DNA of 63,809 nucleotides, counting the filler, from Thraustochytrium aureum (taxonomy: Eukaryota): NCBI GenBank assembly GCA_012862495.1. It is 6 parts of 3 records of this genome, joined end to end, with 100 filler letters (N's around TTAATTAATTAA, not from the genome) between each part and the next. Parts side by side here need not be neighbours in the genome. Positions count along the whole stretch, not along the records: positions 43,769 to 56,639 come from BLSG01000234.1; 5 more parts are not named here. One strand, written 5' to 3'. This document shows positions 43,769 to 55,317 of this stretch, one piece after another; position 1 is the stretch's first letter, and every line of letters starts with the position of its first letter. Under the pieces are notes generated by a model. The model made no database searches. It was not told where the DNA came from and saw only the letters and a program-made list of their open reading frames with translations. Made by a program: the position numbers and the translations under genes.

Positions 43769-46261
43769 CACCTCTACCCGCTGGAGGACTGCGCCGCGCT
43801 GGCCAAGTTGGTGGCCAAGTGGACGGCGCACGAGGCGTCTGCAGTGGACGCGCCGATCGCTGCGCTGCGCTCGCTCCCCGTATTCGAGGCTCTCAGCGGA
43901 CGCTTTCTCTCGATGAGCGGCGATGTCTTCTCCGAGGCCGCCCCGTCGCCAAGCGGGCGCATAGCTGCTCCGACGCCTCGCAGCGCGGCCCCTGTCGGCG
44001 CGGAGACGGTGCTGCTCAAGCCGTTCTTGCCACCCTCGGACGCGGATGCCGTGGCTTTCGGCGAGGCGTACGGAGCATACTTGTTCGCGTCAAATCCTGG
44101 CCAACAAGAGGAACTCCTCCGCGCCAGCGCAGTGGTCCGCCCCGTCGACGCGCTCGAGTTTGTGGCCCACCTCCTTATCCCGGGCCTCGGAGCGCTCGAC
44201 GCAGCGCGAAAGCTCCCGGACAGCGGGCTGCTGCGCCTCTTTGAGGTGGTGTCCGAGCTCCATTTGCGGCGTTCAGGCTCGGCCAGTGCGGCGCAAGCGC
44301 GGCGCATTCTCGACACGCTTGGCTCGCACAATCTAGTTCCGGGCGCCGACGGCAGACGGAAGCGTTGCGACGAGTTTGTGGACCCCAGGACAGGCTGTTT
44401 TCGCAGTTGGTTCTTGGGGCTTCGCAGGCGGAGCTTGACGTGTTTTACCCCCCGCTCGCGTTTCGCTCACGCCCGCGGTGCTGCAGGTCATGCGGCAATG
44501 CGGGCTGCAATCGCTGTCGGTGCCACGTTGCTTTCTCCGTGCGGCGCGGCACGTCGCGGCGCAGCAGGACCCGGAGGGCGGGCGCAAACTGCTCGACCGC
44601 CTCGTCTCTGGCTGGGAGTCAACGATAAGCAAATGGAGCGCCAGCGAGGTCAGCGAGCTCGGCCACATCGCTTTCGTCCCCGCGCGGCGATTTCTAGATG
44701 CACCGCGGTCGCTCGGGACGAGGGTGAACCGCGTCTGGCTCGAGCAGCGCATCCTGCAGTCACGCCGCGGTAAGCGCTCCCACAAGGTGCGAGCCAAGCA
44801 GTCCAGCCAGCAGCTCGTTCGAGAGCACTTGGAGGCGGAGTGGGAGCGCGGGCGCGGGTTGGATGCTGGCGCGCCCGAGAATGAGGAAGGCGCGACCGCA
44901 GAGCCCGCGGCCGTGGACGAAGCGCTCGAGCGGGCCGCGGGGCTCCTGGAGCGCGGCTTTGCCGCCTGCGAGTCGCGCGGCGATCCAGAGCGAAGCGAGA
45001 TCGTTTTTGTCTCCCTTTTAGCGACCGCACCGCGTCGAGCCGGCTCTGTGAACTTGGCCGCAGTGCCGCTGGTGCTGCCCTCCGACGCCCTGATGGCCTG
45101 GACGAGCGCGCAGGTTTTGCCCGAGGTTGTCGAAAACGCGCCCGGGTCGTTCTTTGAGCAATTCCCGGGCATTTTCCCGCCGCATGTTACCACGATAGCG
45201 CAGCACCTGCGCCAGTGCGCAACGGAATGGGAGCAGCAGACGGCTGCGTGGCGCATCGCACGGCTGGAGATGCTCAAGGGCGTTGTGCTCGCGGCATGCG
45301 CGACGCTGAGCCGGACGCTCGTCAAGGAGGACGGCTCGGTAAGCCGCAGCTTGAAGAGCCTCGTGAACAGCAAGCTGGTGCACGCCCGGTTCGTCGTGCT
45401 AGACTCTGGCGAGCTCGTCTTTCCATGGAAAGTCTGCGTCGACCTCGAGGAGGACGTTGGGGGCGAGGGCATCGCGCTTCCAAAGTATTTGGCGGGGCTC
45501 GCGCCGCTCTTCGTGGCGATTGGCAGCCCTACTCTGCGCGCAGACGAAGCGCCCGAGGTCCACGTCTCGCGCGAGTACTCGACTCGCGACTTGCTGGCAC
45601 AGCTTGCGGCCTCCGTGGACAACCCGGCCCTTGCGGACGCGGTTTTCGTGCTGCCTTCGGGGCGTCGCTTTCATGCGCACCGACTTCTCCTGTCGTTTGC
45701 GTCGCCTGTGCTGCGCACTTTGTACGCGGGCGGGGGGGGCGACTCGCGCGAGCTCGTGCAGCGCATAGACTTGCCAGAGTGGGTTTTGCCGGACGCCATG
45801 CTCGCTTTCTTGCGGTTCGCATACACGGGCTCCGCCGTGCTGGGCGGCGGCGGGGGCCCAGACACGGGCGAGCAGACCACTCGGACGCTGTCGCTGGCCG
45901 TCAACAGCGCAAATGTCGAGCTCGTCTTGTGTTGATGCGTCTGAGTGACATGTATGGCGTGGAGGCGCTGAAGGACCAGTGCCAGGTCTGGATCGCGAAG
46001 AGCGACATTATTGACGTCTACAACGTCTGCTCGCTCCTTTCGCACGCTCACGGCTGCCAGGCGCACGCGCTTCAACGGCTGCTGGTGCACCACGTCAGGG
46101 AAATGTTGGACGTGCTCCGCCACCTCGACGACTTTCGCAACCTGCCTTCAGAGCTCAAGGACAAGGTCACCGGCGTCCAAAGCGCCCGAGCATCCGGCCG
46201 CCACCAATGGGGCGACGGCCTCGCATCGTCGAGCCGCGCCCCGCCGGGCGCCGCCCCGTAG
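43769..46261 (+). CDS. C-terminal part of a large sacsin-like protein ending in a BTB/POZ-BACK-like domain (several frameshifts)
   Basis: Sacsin-repeat-like motifs LRSLPVFE, LVPGADG..EFVDPR, LMAWTSAQVLP and PPHVTTIAQHL. BTB motifs ADAVFVL..FHAHRLLLSFASPVL, FLRFAYTG, SDMYGVEALKDQC and IDVYNVCSLL. Confidence 0.7.
44817..44862 (+). repeat. 46-bp exact direct repeat, copy 1 (in coding sequence)
   Basis: GTTCGAGAGCACTTGGAGGCGGAGTGGGAGCGCGGGCGCGGGTTGG, identical to 46307-46352. Confidence 0.93.
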
Positions 46262-46306
46262 TCCACGAGCGCCGCCCTCTTTGTGCTGCTGTAGAGTACC
46301 TAAGTA

Positions 46307-46352
46307 GTTCGAGAGCACTTGGAGGCGGAGTGGGAGCGCGGGCGCGGGTTGG
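46307..46352 (+). repeat. 46-bp exact direct repeat, copy 2 (downstream of the stop codon)
   Basis: Identical to 44817-44862. Confidence 0.93.
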
Positions 46353-47185
46353 GGTCCAGCAAAAGCCCGAAAACAGCTCCTCGCCGTCGTCCATCTGTCA
46401 ATCCGTCCGTCCAGCCGGCAGAGGACCCCGCTCTCCAGCGCGAGGCGATGAGCTGCCCAGTGGTCGGCGCCCAGCGCGCGGCGCCCGTCGCGTCCGGCGC
46501 GGTGGAGGCGCTCCTGGAGCGGTTCGAGCGGGCCATGCCGGGGTCGGGATCCCGCTGGAGCGCCTCAATGCCTGCCAGCAGTCTGTCGCGCTCGCAGGGT
46601 CCGCCCAGGCCTGCACTGGAGAGGCGCAGTGCTACCTCGGGTGCCGCNNNNNNNNNNNNNNNNNNNNNNNNNNNNNNNNNNNNNNNNNNNNNNNNNNNNN
46701 NNNNNNNNNNNNNNNNNNNNNNNNNNNNNNNNNNNNNNNNNNNNNNNNNNNNNNNNNNNNNNNNNNNNNNNNNNNNNNNNNNNNNNNNNNNNNNNNNNNN
46801 NNNNNNNNNNNNNNNNNNNNNNNNNNNNNNNNNNNNNNNNNNNNNNNNNNNNNNNNNNNNNNNNNNNNNNNNNNNNNNNNNNNNNNNNNNNNNNNNNNNN
46901 NNNNNNNNNNNNNNNNNNNNNNNNNNNNNNNNNNNNNNNNNNNNNNNNNNNNNNNNNNNNNNNNNNNNNNNNNNNNNNNNNNNNNNNNNNNNNNNNNNNN
47001 NNNNNNNNNNNNNNNNNNNNNNNNNNNNNNNNNNNNNNNNNNNNNNNNNNNNNNNNNNNNNNNNNNNNNNNNNNNNNNNNNNNNNNNNNNNNNNNNNNNN
47101 NNNNNNNNNNNNNNNNNNNNNNNNNNNNNNNNNNNNNNNNNNNNNNNNNNNNNNNNNNNNNNNNNNNNNNNNNNNNNNNNNNNNN

Positions 47186-48412
47186 CGACCTTGGTCCAAT
47201 AGCGCACCTTCCATTCGTGCAACTGGGCCTGGAGGTCGTCGAGCGTTTGCGGGTCGGCGAAGAGCTCGTGCAAGCGCTTGGGGAACTCGGACCAATCTTT
47301 GAGCACGATAAAGGGGGCGCCAGAGTCGAGGTAGGGCTTGAAGGCGTCCTTGCAGCCGTGCTCCTTGTAGAAGCGGTCAAGCGCGATGACTGGGATCGAG
47401 CCGGCTTCGATGGCTTCGTGCAAGCGAAAGGCCTCGGGGTTGTTGCCAGAGGGGCAGAGCGTGAGCGTCGAGTTGAGTAGCAGGCTGCGGTACTTTGTTG
47501 GCCTCACGTAGCCCTTGGACTTGAGGTTGGAGCTCCACGATTGCTTGACGTGCACAAAGCCCTTCTTGAGGAGCGGAAACGCTGCCCGCACCGTCGCCTT
47601 GGCCAGGTAGGACGTCATGTAGGAGCGCGAGTGGCTCGTGGCAGAGCCGGCAAAGTTGAACGGGAAGAAGCGCGCCGAGGCCTTTGGCACTTCGCTCGGC
47701 TGGAACGGCGCAAACCAGAACTGGGGGCCCAGCGGGACGTACGTAGAAGTAAACGCGGTCGAGTGGTACGCGTGCAGCGGCGCCAGCGGCTGCGGCCCGG
47801 CGCAAAACTTGGCCTTGCAAAAGCAGTACTCGTCCGCAACCACCATCCAGGCGCCGCCCTCGAGCGCACCGCCCTTCATGGTCTCGTGCTGGTTGAGCCA
47901 CAGCTCGGGCCACGAGGGGTCGCAGGCCTGCTCGCGCAGGTCGAGGTCTTCGCGCAGCAGGATTTTCTGCTTGTAAAACTCGGACATGGTCGCCAAGACA
48001 GGCGAGCTCAGGACGAACTCGAGGGCGCCGCCGTAGTGGCTCAGCGTGTTGCGGGCAAACAGGAGGCGACGCGCGGGTTTGGCTTTTTCGCGCGGACACA
48101 TACCTTGATGCTCGGGCCGTCCTCGCGGGCGATTGGCGCAACGGGATCTGGCCCTTCCAGCGCGTCTGTGGCGGGGTCGTCCGCGGAGCTGGCGGTGGTG
48201 TGGCCTTCGGGGAGGTGGGCGCGCGCCACCGTTCGCACGACGAGGCGGGTCGCCGGCCCAGAGGAAGCAGCCTCTAGAGATACGCGGTTGAGCCCCGCGT
48301 CGATCGAGCTCGGCACGAAGGCAAACCCGCTGACCAACAGTACCAGCAATACGACGGTGGCAAGCAGAGGGCTGATCTGCAGCCGGCTATGCACCACATC
48401 TTCCTGAAACAT
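47186..48412 (-). CDS. Exostosin/GT47-like (RXYLT1/TMEM5-like) type II glycosyltransferase; probable intron 48018-48103; 3' end in gap
   Basis: N-terminal TM LLATVVLLVLLVSGFAFV; YVPLGP, FNFAGS and YRSLLLNSTLTLCPSGNNPEAFRLHEAIEAGSIPVI, then APFIVLKDW. An 86-nt GTATGT...AG intron restores the frame. Confidence 0.8.
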
Positions 48413-49806
48413 CTCGCTCTGACTGCCTCCGGCCCGCAGCGCAGCACGCGAGCTTGTCCAAGCCGTCCTCCGCCCAGAGCTGGCGAGAACGGTCACCAGC
48501 GCCCGGCGCTCGCTGGAAGGTCGACGGCCGCGAGGGGTTTGTCTGCCCCCCGACCCGAAAATCACGGTCTGCGTGCGCTTCCGGTACCTTGAGCCCAGTC
48601 CAGCGCGAACTCCGTGGCTGCCTCGCAGTGCTTGCCGGACTTTGCGCGCCTGGCGGCTCCGCGGTGTCGCTTTCGGAGCTGATGGGCACTGCTGCGGCGA
48701 GGGTTGAGAAAAATGGAGTCGACCGGGTCGGTGGCACTTCCATCGTCCACGGATTTAGCCGAAAACATCGCTTGTTTGATTTCACACCACAACGAACGTC
48801 CGTCCCNNNNNNNNNNNNNNNNNNNNNNNNNNNNNNNNNNNNNNNNNNNNNNNNNNNNNNNNNNNNNNNNNNNNNNNNNNNNNNNNNNNNNNNNNNNNNN
48901 NNNNNNNNNNNNNNNNNNNNNNNNNNNNNNNNNNNNNNNNNNNNNNNNNNNNNNNNNNNNNNNNNNNNNNNNNNNNNNNNNNNNNNNNNNNNNNNNNNNN
49001 NNNNNNNNNNNNNNNNNNNNNNNNNNNNNNNNNNNNNNNNNNNNNNNNNNNNNNNNNNNNNNNNNNNNNNNNNNNNNNNNNNNNNNNNNNNNNNNNNNNN
49101 NNNNNNNNNNNNNNNNNNNNNNNNNNNNNNNNNNNNNNNNNNNNNNNNNNNNNNNNNNNNNNNNNNNNNNNNNNNNNNNNNNNNNNNNNNNNNNNNNNNN
49201 NNNNNNNNNNNNNNNNNNNNNNNNNNNNNNNNNNNNNNNNTCGCCATGCCATGCCACGCCATCTCATCCCACGCCATGCCAGCGAGCGAGCGACGCGTGG
49301 GTCCTCGCCGCCAAGTGTTGCTCGCCCGGAGGCGGCCCAGGCAGACGTGCTGGTTGAGCTCGCGTCACGCTTGTGGGGCTCGTCGGACGTGGTGCAGCGC
49401 AAGGCACGCTCGCGTGCTGCGCGCTCGCGGCCTGGCCGGGCAGCCTTGGCGATTACATTGTCGCTTGTCGTCGACAAGCGGCAAGGCGGCAGAACGAACT
49501 GTGGTCGCTGTCAATGCATGGAGGAGTGAGTGCTTGAGCCGCAAACCCAGATTGTGTTTTTGGGATGTTAGTCGCGAAGGCAGGGCCTCAGCGAGCGCAG
49601 CTTCTTCAGATGAAGAGAATACGTCTGTTACTACTAGAGCAGCGTGTTTGCAAGTCGTTGCGCGATTGTGGCGAGCTCTGCGACTCGAAGGCGCAGAAGC
49701 GGAGGGACCGCTCTCGTGCAAGAGCAGAGGCACAGGACGCGCACAGCCTCTTGACACCTACTGGCAACAGCGCGGCGCCGGGCAACAGAGCGGTGTGGCA
49801 CGCATT

Positions 49807-51112
49807 TTAGACCTTGTTCTTTCCGAGCGCGAATACCTCAAAGCCGATCTTGCGAAGACCGTCGTGGTCGAGGATGTTGCGGCCGTCGAACACGAAGGCG
49901 GGCTTGGCCATCGACTTGAAAATGCGCTCAAAGTCAAGCTCCTTGAACATGTCCCACTCCGTGCAGACGACGACGGCGTGCGACTCGTTGCAGGCTTCGT
50001 AGACGTCCTCCTCGTGCTTGAGGTAGGTCGTCATGAGCTCCGTGTCGCACTTGGAGTACTCGAGCTCGCGGCGCATGTCTTCGTTGGTGACCTTCGGGTC
50101 GAACACCGAGATGCGCGCCTGCTCCTGGAGCAGCGAGTTGCAGATGTGGCTGGCCGAGGTCTCGCGGGTGTCGCCGGTGTCCTTCTTGAAGGCGAAGCCG
50201 AGAACGGCGATCTTCTTGCCGGTTACAGTGTTGAACATGCGGCGCACGATCGTCTTGGCGAAGCGGTCCTTCTGGTAGTCGTTCATATCGACGACGGACT
50301 GCCAGTAGCTGGCGACCTCGGAGAGCCCGAAGCTCTCGCAGAGGTAGACCAGGTTGAGGATGTCCTTCTGGAAGCAGGAGCCGCCGAACCCGCAGCTGCT
50401 CTTCAAGAAGCTCGAGCCGATGCGCGGGTCGGTGCCAACCGCGCGGGCCACCTCGTCGACGTCGGCGCCGCTGACCTCGCAGAGGGCCGAGATCGAGTTA
50501 ATAGAGGAAATGCGCTGCGCGAGGAAGGCGTTGGCGACCAGCTTGGAGAGCTCCGAGGACCACAGGTTGGTGGTGATGATGCGCTCGCGGTCGACCCAGT
50601 ACGAGTAGATGTCGACGAGCTTCTGGATCGCGGCGAGGCCCTCGGGGGTCTGCTCGCCGCCGATCAGCACGCGGCCGGGGTTGGCCAAGTCCTTGATGGC
50701 GGTGCCCTCCGCGAGGAACTCGGGGTTGCTCAGGATCTGGTGCTTGATGCCCTTGTCGTTGCAGGCGAGGACGCGGCCCATCGACTCGGCGGTGCGCACG
50801 GGCACGGTCGACTTTTCCACGACGATCTTGGGGCTGTCGGAGACCTTGGCGATCGTGCGCGCGCAGTTTTCGCAGTTCTTGATGTTCGCGGCGCGCCCCG
50901 CGCCGATCCCGCTCGTCTTGGTGGGCGTGTTCACCGAGACGAAGATGATGTCGGCCTTGGCGATCTCCGCCTCGACGTCGGTCGAGAAGAAGAGGTTCTT
51001 GCCGCGGCAGGCCTTGACGATCTCGTCGAGCCCCGGCTCGTAGATCGGCAGATCGTCCGAGTTCCAGGCGTCGATCTGCTTTTGGCTGATGTCGACAACG
51101 GTAACGGTCACG
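49807..51112 (-). CDS. UGDH: UDP-glucose 6-dehydrogenase (5' end in gap)
   Basis: [79 protein letters not shown] and FDGRN. Confidence 0.97.
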
Positions 51113-51769
51113 NNNNNNNNNNNNNNNNNNNNNNNNNNNNNNNNNNNNNNNNNNNNNNNNNNNNNNNNNNNNNNNNNNNNNNNNNNNNNNNNNNNNNNNN
51201 NNNNNNNNNNNNNNNNNNNNNNNNNNNNNNNNNNNNNNNNNNNNNNNNNNNNNNNNNNNNNNNNNNNNNNNNNNNNNNNNNNNNNNNNNNNNNNNNNNNN
51301 NNNNNNNNNNNNNNNNNNNNNNNNNNNNNNNNNNNNNNNNNNNNNNNNNNNNNNNNNNNNNNNNNNNNNNNNNNNNNNNNNNNNNNNNNNNNNNNNNNNN
51401 NNNNNNNNNNNNNNNNNNNNNNNNNNNNNNNNNNNNNNNNNNNNNNNNNNNNNNNNNNNNNNNNNNNNNNNNNNNNNNNNNNNNNNNNNNNNNNNNNNNN
51501 AGCGCGCGGTTGTGCGCCACAGCGAAGAACAGCAAGGTGGCCGGCGCTGCTGGGGAGGGCTTACTTTCTTTTCTTGCTTTCTCGCTTTCTCACCTTTCTT
51601 CTCTCTCTCGTTCCCCCTTGTTTGCTCCTGTCTTTTGTGTGGGGATAATTGCGGGTCTGGACTGCGGGGCAGACGTACGGCCTTCGTGCGTCGGGTCGAA
51701 TGTTAAGGGGCGGAGGAGGGAATCTTCGAGATTCTTACGATGAGACAGTGAGGCTGGCGCGAGCGGCGC

Positions 51770-52080
51770 ACGCGGGCTATAAAAGGACGCTGCGTTACGC
51801 GGGAAGCCGCGGGTGACGTCGGGTGGGGATGTCACGTCACGCGCTTCGTCACGTTTGTCGCTGCTTGGGGGTTGAGGTGACGACGCAGCTTGTCGTGGTC
51901 GCACGTGGCATCCTGGTACAAAACCACGCGGCGCGCGAACCCAGGCAAGGCCCGCATGCCTCTGTTCGCTTGACGGCGAGCTATTTAACGCGCCGCGCCC
52001 AAACTTCATAAGCACGACATTGACGGCGCGCGCGAGCGTCCTAAAGATGCGCCCTAACCGCACGGGGGCCGGGTTAGGGC
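51770..52080. promoter_or_regulatory. Divergent UGDH/eIF3i promoter region with TATA-like, TGACG/ACGT and telomere-like motifs
   Basis: CTATAAAAGG near 51777; several TGACG/CGTCA sites at 51814-51885; TTGACGGCG at 51970 and 52020; inverted pair GCCCTAACC/GGTTAGGGC at 52051-52080. Confidence 0.5.
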
Positions 52081-52374
52081 ACAGTGGGTGGTTGGCGAAG
52101 CAGCACAAGGGAGGGCGGCAGGCAGAGCGCAAGCGGACGAGGACACCCGCGCGAGCAGGCAGGCACGCAGGCAGGCAGGCAGGCAGGAAGGCACGCAGGC
52201 ACGCCTGAGAGACGTACCGAGGCCCGGAGACGTGCGGATTCGCACCGGCACGAGTGCTCTGCCGCTGGGGTTTTTGAGACTCGGCGGCTTCGGGACGCTC
52301 CGCACTGCTGCCACGACCGAGCAGCCGGCGCCGAGGAGGGAGGAGGAGGAGCGCGGAGGTGAGGCGGCGGCAAG

Positions 52375-53687
52375 ATGCATCCGCTTATTCTGAAGGGCCA
52401 TACAAGGCCGCTGACGTGTGTGAAATACAACCGCGAAGGCGACCTGCTGTTCTCCTGCTCCAAGGATAATGTGCCGACGTTGTGGTACTCGGACAACGGC
52501 GAGCGTATTGGCACGTACGACGGGCACCGCGGGACCGTGTGGTCGCTCGATGTGACGCGCGACTCGAAATATCTCGTCACGGGCGGCGCCGACATGAGCG
52601 TCAAGATCTGGGAAGTGCAGACCGGGCGCAAGCTGTTGGACCTCCCGCACGGCGGACCCGTCAGGTGCGTCGAGTGGGCCGAGGGCGACAAGATGTTTGT
52701 CACGGTGAGCGACCCCTTCAAGGGCTCGCCCGCCACAGTGGCCATCTACGAGTTCAACCCCAACGCGCAGGAGCAGTCAGAGGAGGCAAAGTACGTCTGG
52801 GCGGCAGGGCTCGGCCAGGACGAAAAGCTCTCGAAGGCGACCTGGCTCCCGCTCAACAAGCAGCTCCTCACCGCCGACGACCAGGGCAAGATCCGCATCC
52901 ACGACGTGGAGACAGGCCGCGTCGTGCGCGAGGTCCAGGAGCACTCGAAGCGGATCAACTCGGTCGCCTGGAACAAGGACAAGTTCCTCCTCCTCACCGG
53001 CAGTGCCGACAACACGGCAAAGCTCTGGGACACCGAGGAGTGGAAGGTCATCAAGACCTACGAGACCGACCGCCCCGTGAACGCGGTCGCCTTTTCGCCC
53101 ATCAAGGAGCACGTGTTCGTTGCCGGTGGCCAGGAGGCCATGAACGTGACGACGACGGCCGCCAAGGTCGGCAAGTTTGAGACCAAGCTCTTCCACATGG
53201 TCTTTGGGGAGGAGTTTGGCATTGTCCGCGGCCACTTTGGGCCCGTCAACACGCTCGCGGTGCATCCGGAGGGGACAGGGTACGTTGCTGCTTGCTTGCA
53301 TGCTTGCTTGCTTGCTTCCGTGTGCTGGTGGACGTTTTGCTGGTTGCGTTTGCGGTTTTGTTTGTGGTGGCGCTAGCGCTGTGCTGGCGGTTGTTGCGGG
53401 TGGACGGGCCAGACGATGAGGAAAAAATTCAAAGCACTGGGCTCCAAGGGCTCCTGTGAAGACAACTGCTTTGACCGAGTCTTGCTTGCACCCCGCTCCC
53501 CGCAACGGCGCACCGCTCAGTTTCGTTTAATCTAGCGCGGGCCAGTGTCGCTGACTTGGCTTCCCCTCGTCGCAGTTTTACTAGCGGTGCCGAAGACGGC
53601 TACATCCGTGTCCACGAGTTCGACTCGGACTACTTTGGCTTCCACTCGGAGCTCGACGACCTCTCCGCGCTCACGCAGCTCGGCTGA
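52375..53687 (+). CDS. EIF3I: Translation initiation factor eIF3 subunit I; exons 52375-53279 and 53576-53687
   Basis: MHPLILKGHTRPLTCVKYNREGDLLFSCSKD, GGQEAMNVTTT and GHFGPVNTLAVHPEG. The GTACGT...GCTGAC...CAG intron splices in frame to GFTSGAEDGYIRVHEFDSDYF. Confidence 0.97.
53411..53482 (+). ncRNA. Probable intronic box C/D snoRNA, snR76/SNORD88-like LSU rRNA methylation guide
   Basis: C-like ACGATGA 53413-53419; guide ATTCAAAGCACTGGGC 53427-53442, complementary with one mismatch to conserved LSU GCCCAGUGCUCUGAAU; D' CCAA; C' GTGAAGA; CTTTGAC; D-like CCGA; AGAC/GTCT termini. Confidence 0.72.
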
Positions 53688-53992
53688 GTGGTGTAACGTG
53701 TTTTTAAAACCAAAATGAACGACTCGGGCTGGCACTGGCTGCTCCTTGTCCCCTGCGCCGCGGCGGCAGGCCAATCTTCCATCCCAACGAGCGACAGCGA
53801 ACAACCAATATCTCCCCGGATCCAAAAACGACGTGACACGCCCCCCTTGCTGACCCATACTTCTTCGCGCGTCCTGTCACACGGGTACCCTCCGTGACGC
53901 GCGCAGTGGCGCGATTCGGTGTTTGGAGTGAGACTCCCGAACAACGAGGCGCAGACAGACAGACTTTCCGGCGAGCAGACCATTCGCGCATC

Positions 53993-54045
53993 CAGCAGAG
54001 CAGCAGAGCAGCAGCAGCAGCAGCAGCAGAGCAGCAGAGCAGCAG
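53993..54045. repeat. Imperfect (CAG)n/CAGAG microsatellite in the SOD1 5' leader
   Basis: Direct reading of CAGCAGAGCAGCAGAGCAGCAGCAGCAG... Confidence 0.85.
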
Positions 54046-54093
54046 GGCAAGGGCAAGGACGAGAACACGAACGAGAGCAGCGCCAGCGGAAGG

Positions 54094-54240
54094 ATGTCGG
54101 AGACGGCCATCTGCCAGCTCATTGGGTCGGATGGACCCAAGGGGATTGTGACCTTCACTGCCGTCGATGGCGGCAAGACGCGTATCGCCGGCACGGTGAG
54201 CGGGCTGACGCCAGGGAAGCACGGGTTCCACGTGCATCAG
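54094..54240 (+). CDS. SOD1: Cu/Zn superoxide dismutase, exon 1 (remainder in gap)
   Basis: KGIVTFT...IAGTVSGLTPGKHGFHVHQ followed by a GTGAGT donor at 54241. Confidence 0.9.
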
Positions 54241-55317
54241 GTGAGTGGCCGGAAGGGGGCGCCGGCTCCGAAGTGCGCGGGGTAGATAGGGGTAGATAGG
54301 GGCGGACGGACTGCGCTTGCTTGCCCACCGCCACGCGAGGTCGCTCGAGGGACGAAGCGGAGCGACGGGGAATCCAGTCACCGGCCACGCCGCGCGCGCG
54401 CTCGCTCGCGCGATCGATCGATCGATCGCGCGCTCGCTCGATCGCTCGATCGCTCGACCGCACACTGACCAAGCGGATCGCGGCACGGACNNNNNNNNNN
54501 NNNNNNNNNNNNNNNNNNNNNNNNNNNNNNNNNNNNNNNNNNNNNNNNNNNNNNNNNNNNNNNNNNNNNNNNNNNNNNNNNNNNNNNNNNNNNNNNNNNN
54601 NNNNNNNNNNNNNNNNNNNNNNNNNNNNNNNNNNNNNNNNNNNNNNNNNNNNNNNNNNNNNNNNNNNNNNNNNNNNNNNNNNNNNNNNNNNNNNNNNNNN
54701 NNNNNNNNNNNNNNNNNNNNNNNNNNNNNNNNNNNNNNNNNNNNNNNNNNNNNNNNNNNNNNNNNNNNNNNNNNNNNNNNNNNNNNNNNNNNNNNNNNNN
54801 NNNNNNNNNNNNNNNNNNNNNNNNNNNNNNNNNNNNNNNNNNNNNNNNNNNNNNNNNNNNNNNNNNNNNNNNNNNNNNNNNNNNNNNNNNNNNNNNNNNN
54901 NNNNNNNNNNNNNNNNNNNNNNNNNNNNNNNNNNNNNNNNNNNNNNNNNNNNNNNNNNNNNNNNNNNNNNNNNNNNNNNNNNNNNNNNNNNNNNNNNNNN
55001 NNNNNNNNNNNNNNNNNNNNNNNNNNNNNNNNNNNNNNNNNNNNNNNNNNNNNNNNNNNNNNNNNNNNNNNNNNNNNNNNNNNNNNNNNNNNNNNNNNNN
55101 NNNNNNNNNNNNNNNNNNNNNNNNNNNNNNNNNNNNNNNNNNNNNNNNNNNNNNNNNNNNNNNNNNNNNNNNNNNNNNNNNNNNNNNNNNNNNNNNNNNN
55201 NNNNNNNNNNNNNNNNNNNNNNNNNNNNNNNNNNNNNNNNNNNNNNNNNNNNNNNNNNNNNNNNNNNNNNNNNNNNNNNNNNNNNNNNNNNNNNNNNNNN
55301 NNNNNNNNNNNNNNNNN

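Noticed and set aside
39330..46261. NLR-like gene plus sacsin-BTB gene as a defence island
   Set aside because: A scaffold linker at 43713 separates them, so the adjacency is artificial.
48454..51648. 1064-aa plus-strand ORF and similar long antisense or N-spanning ORFs
   Set aside because: Shadow frames of real genes (here UGDH) caused by GC3 bias, or artefacts of translating through N gaps.
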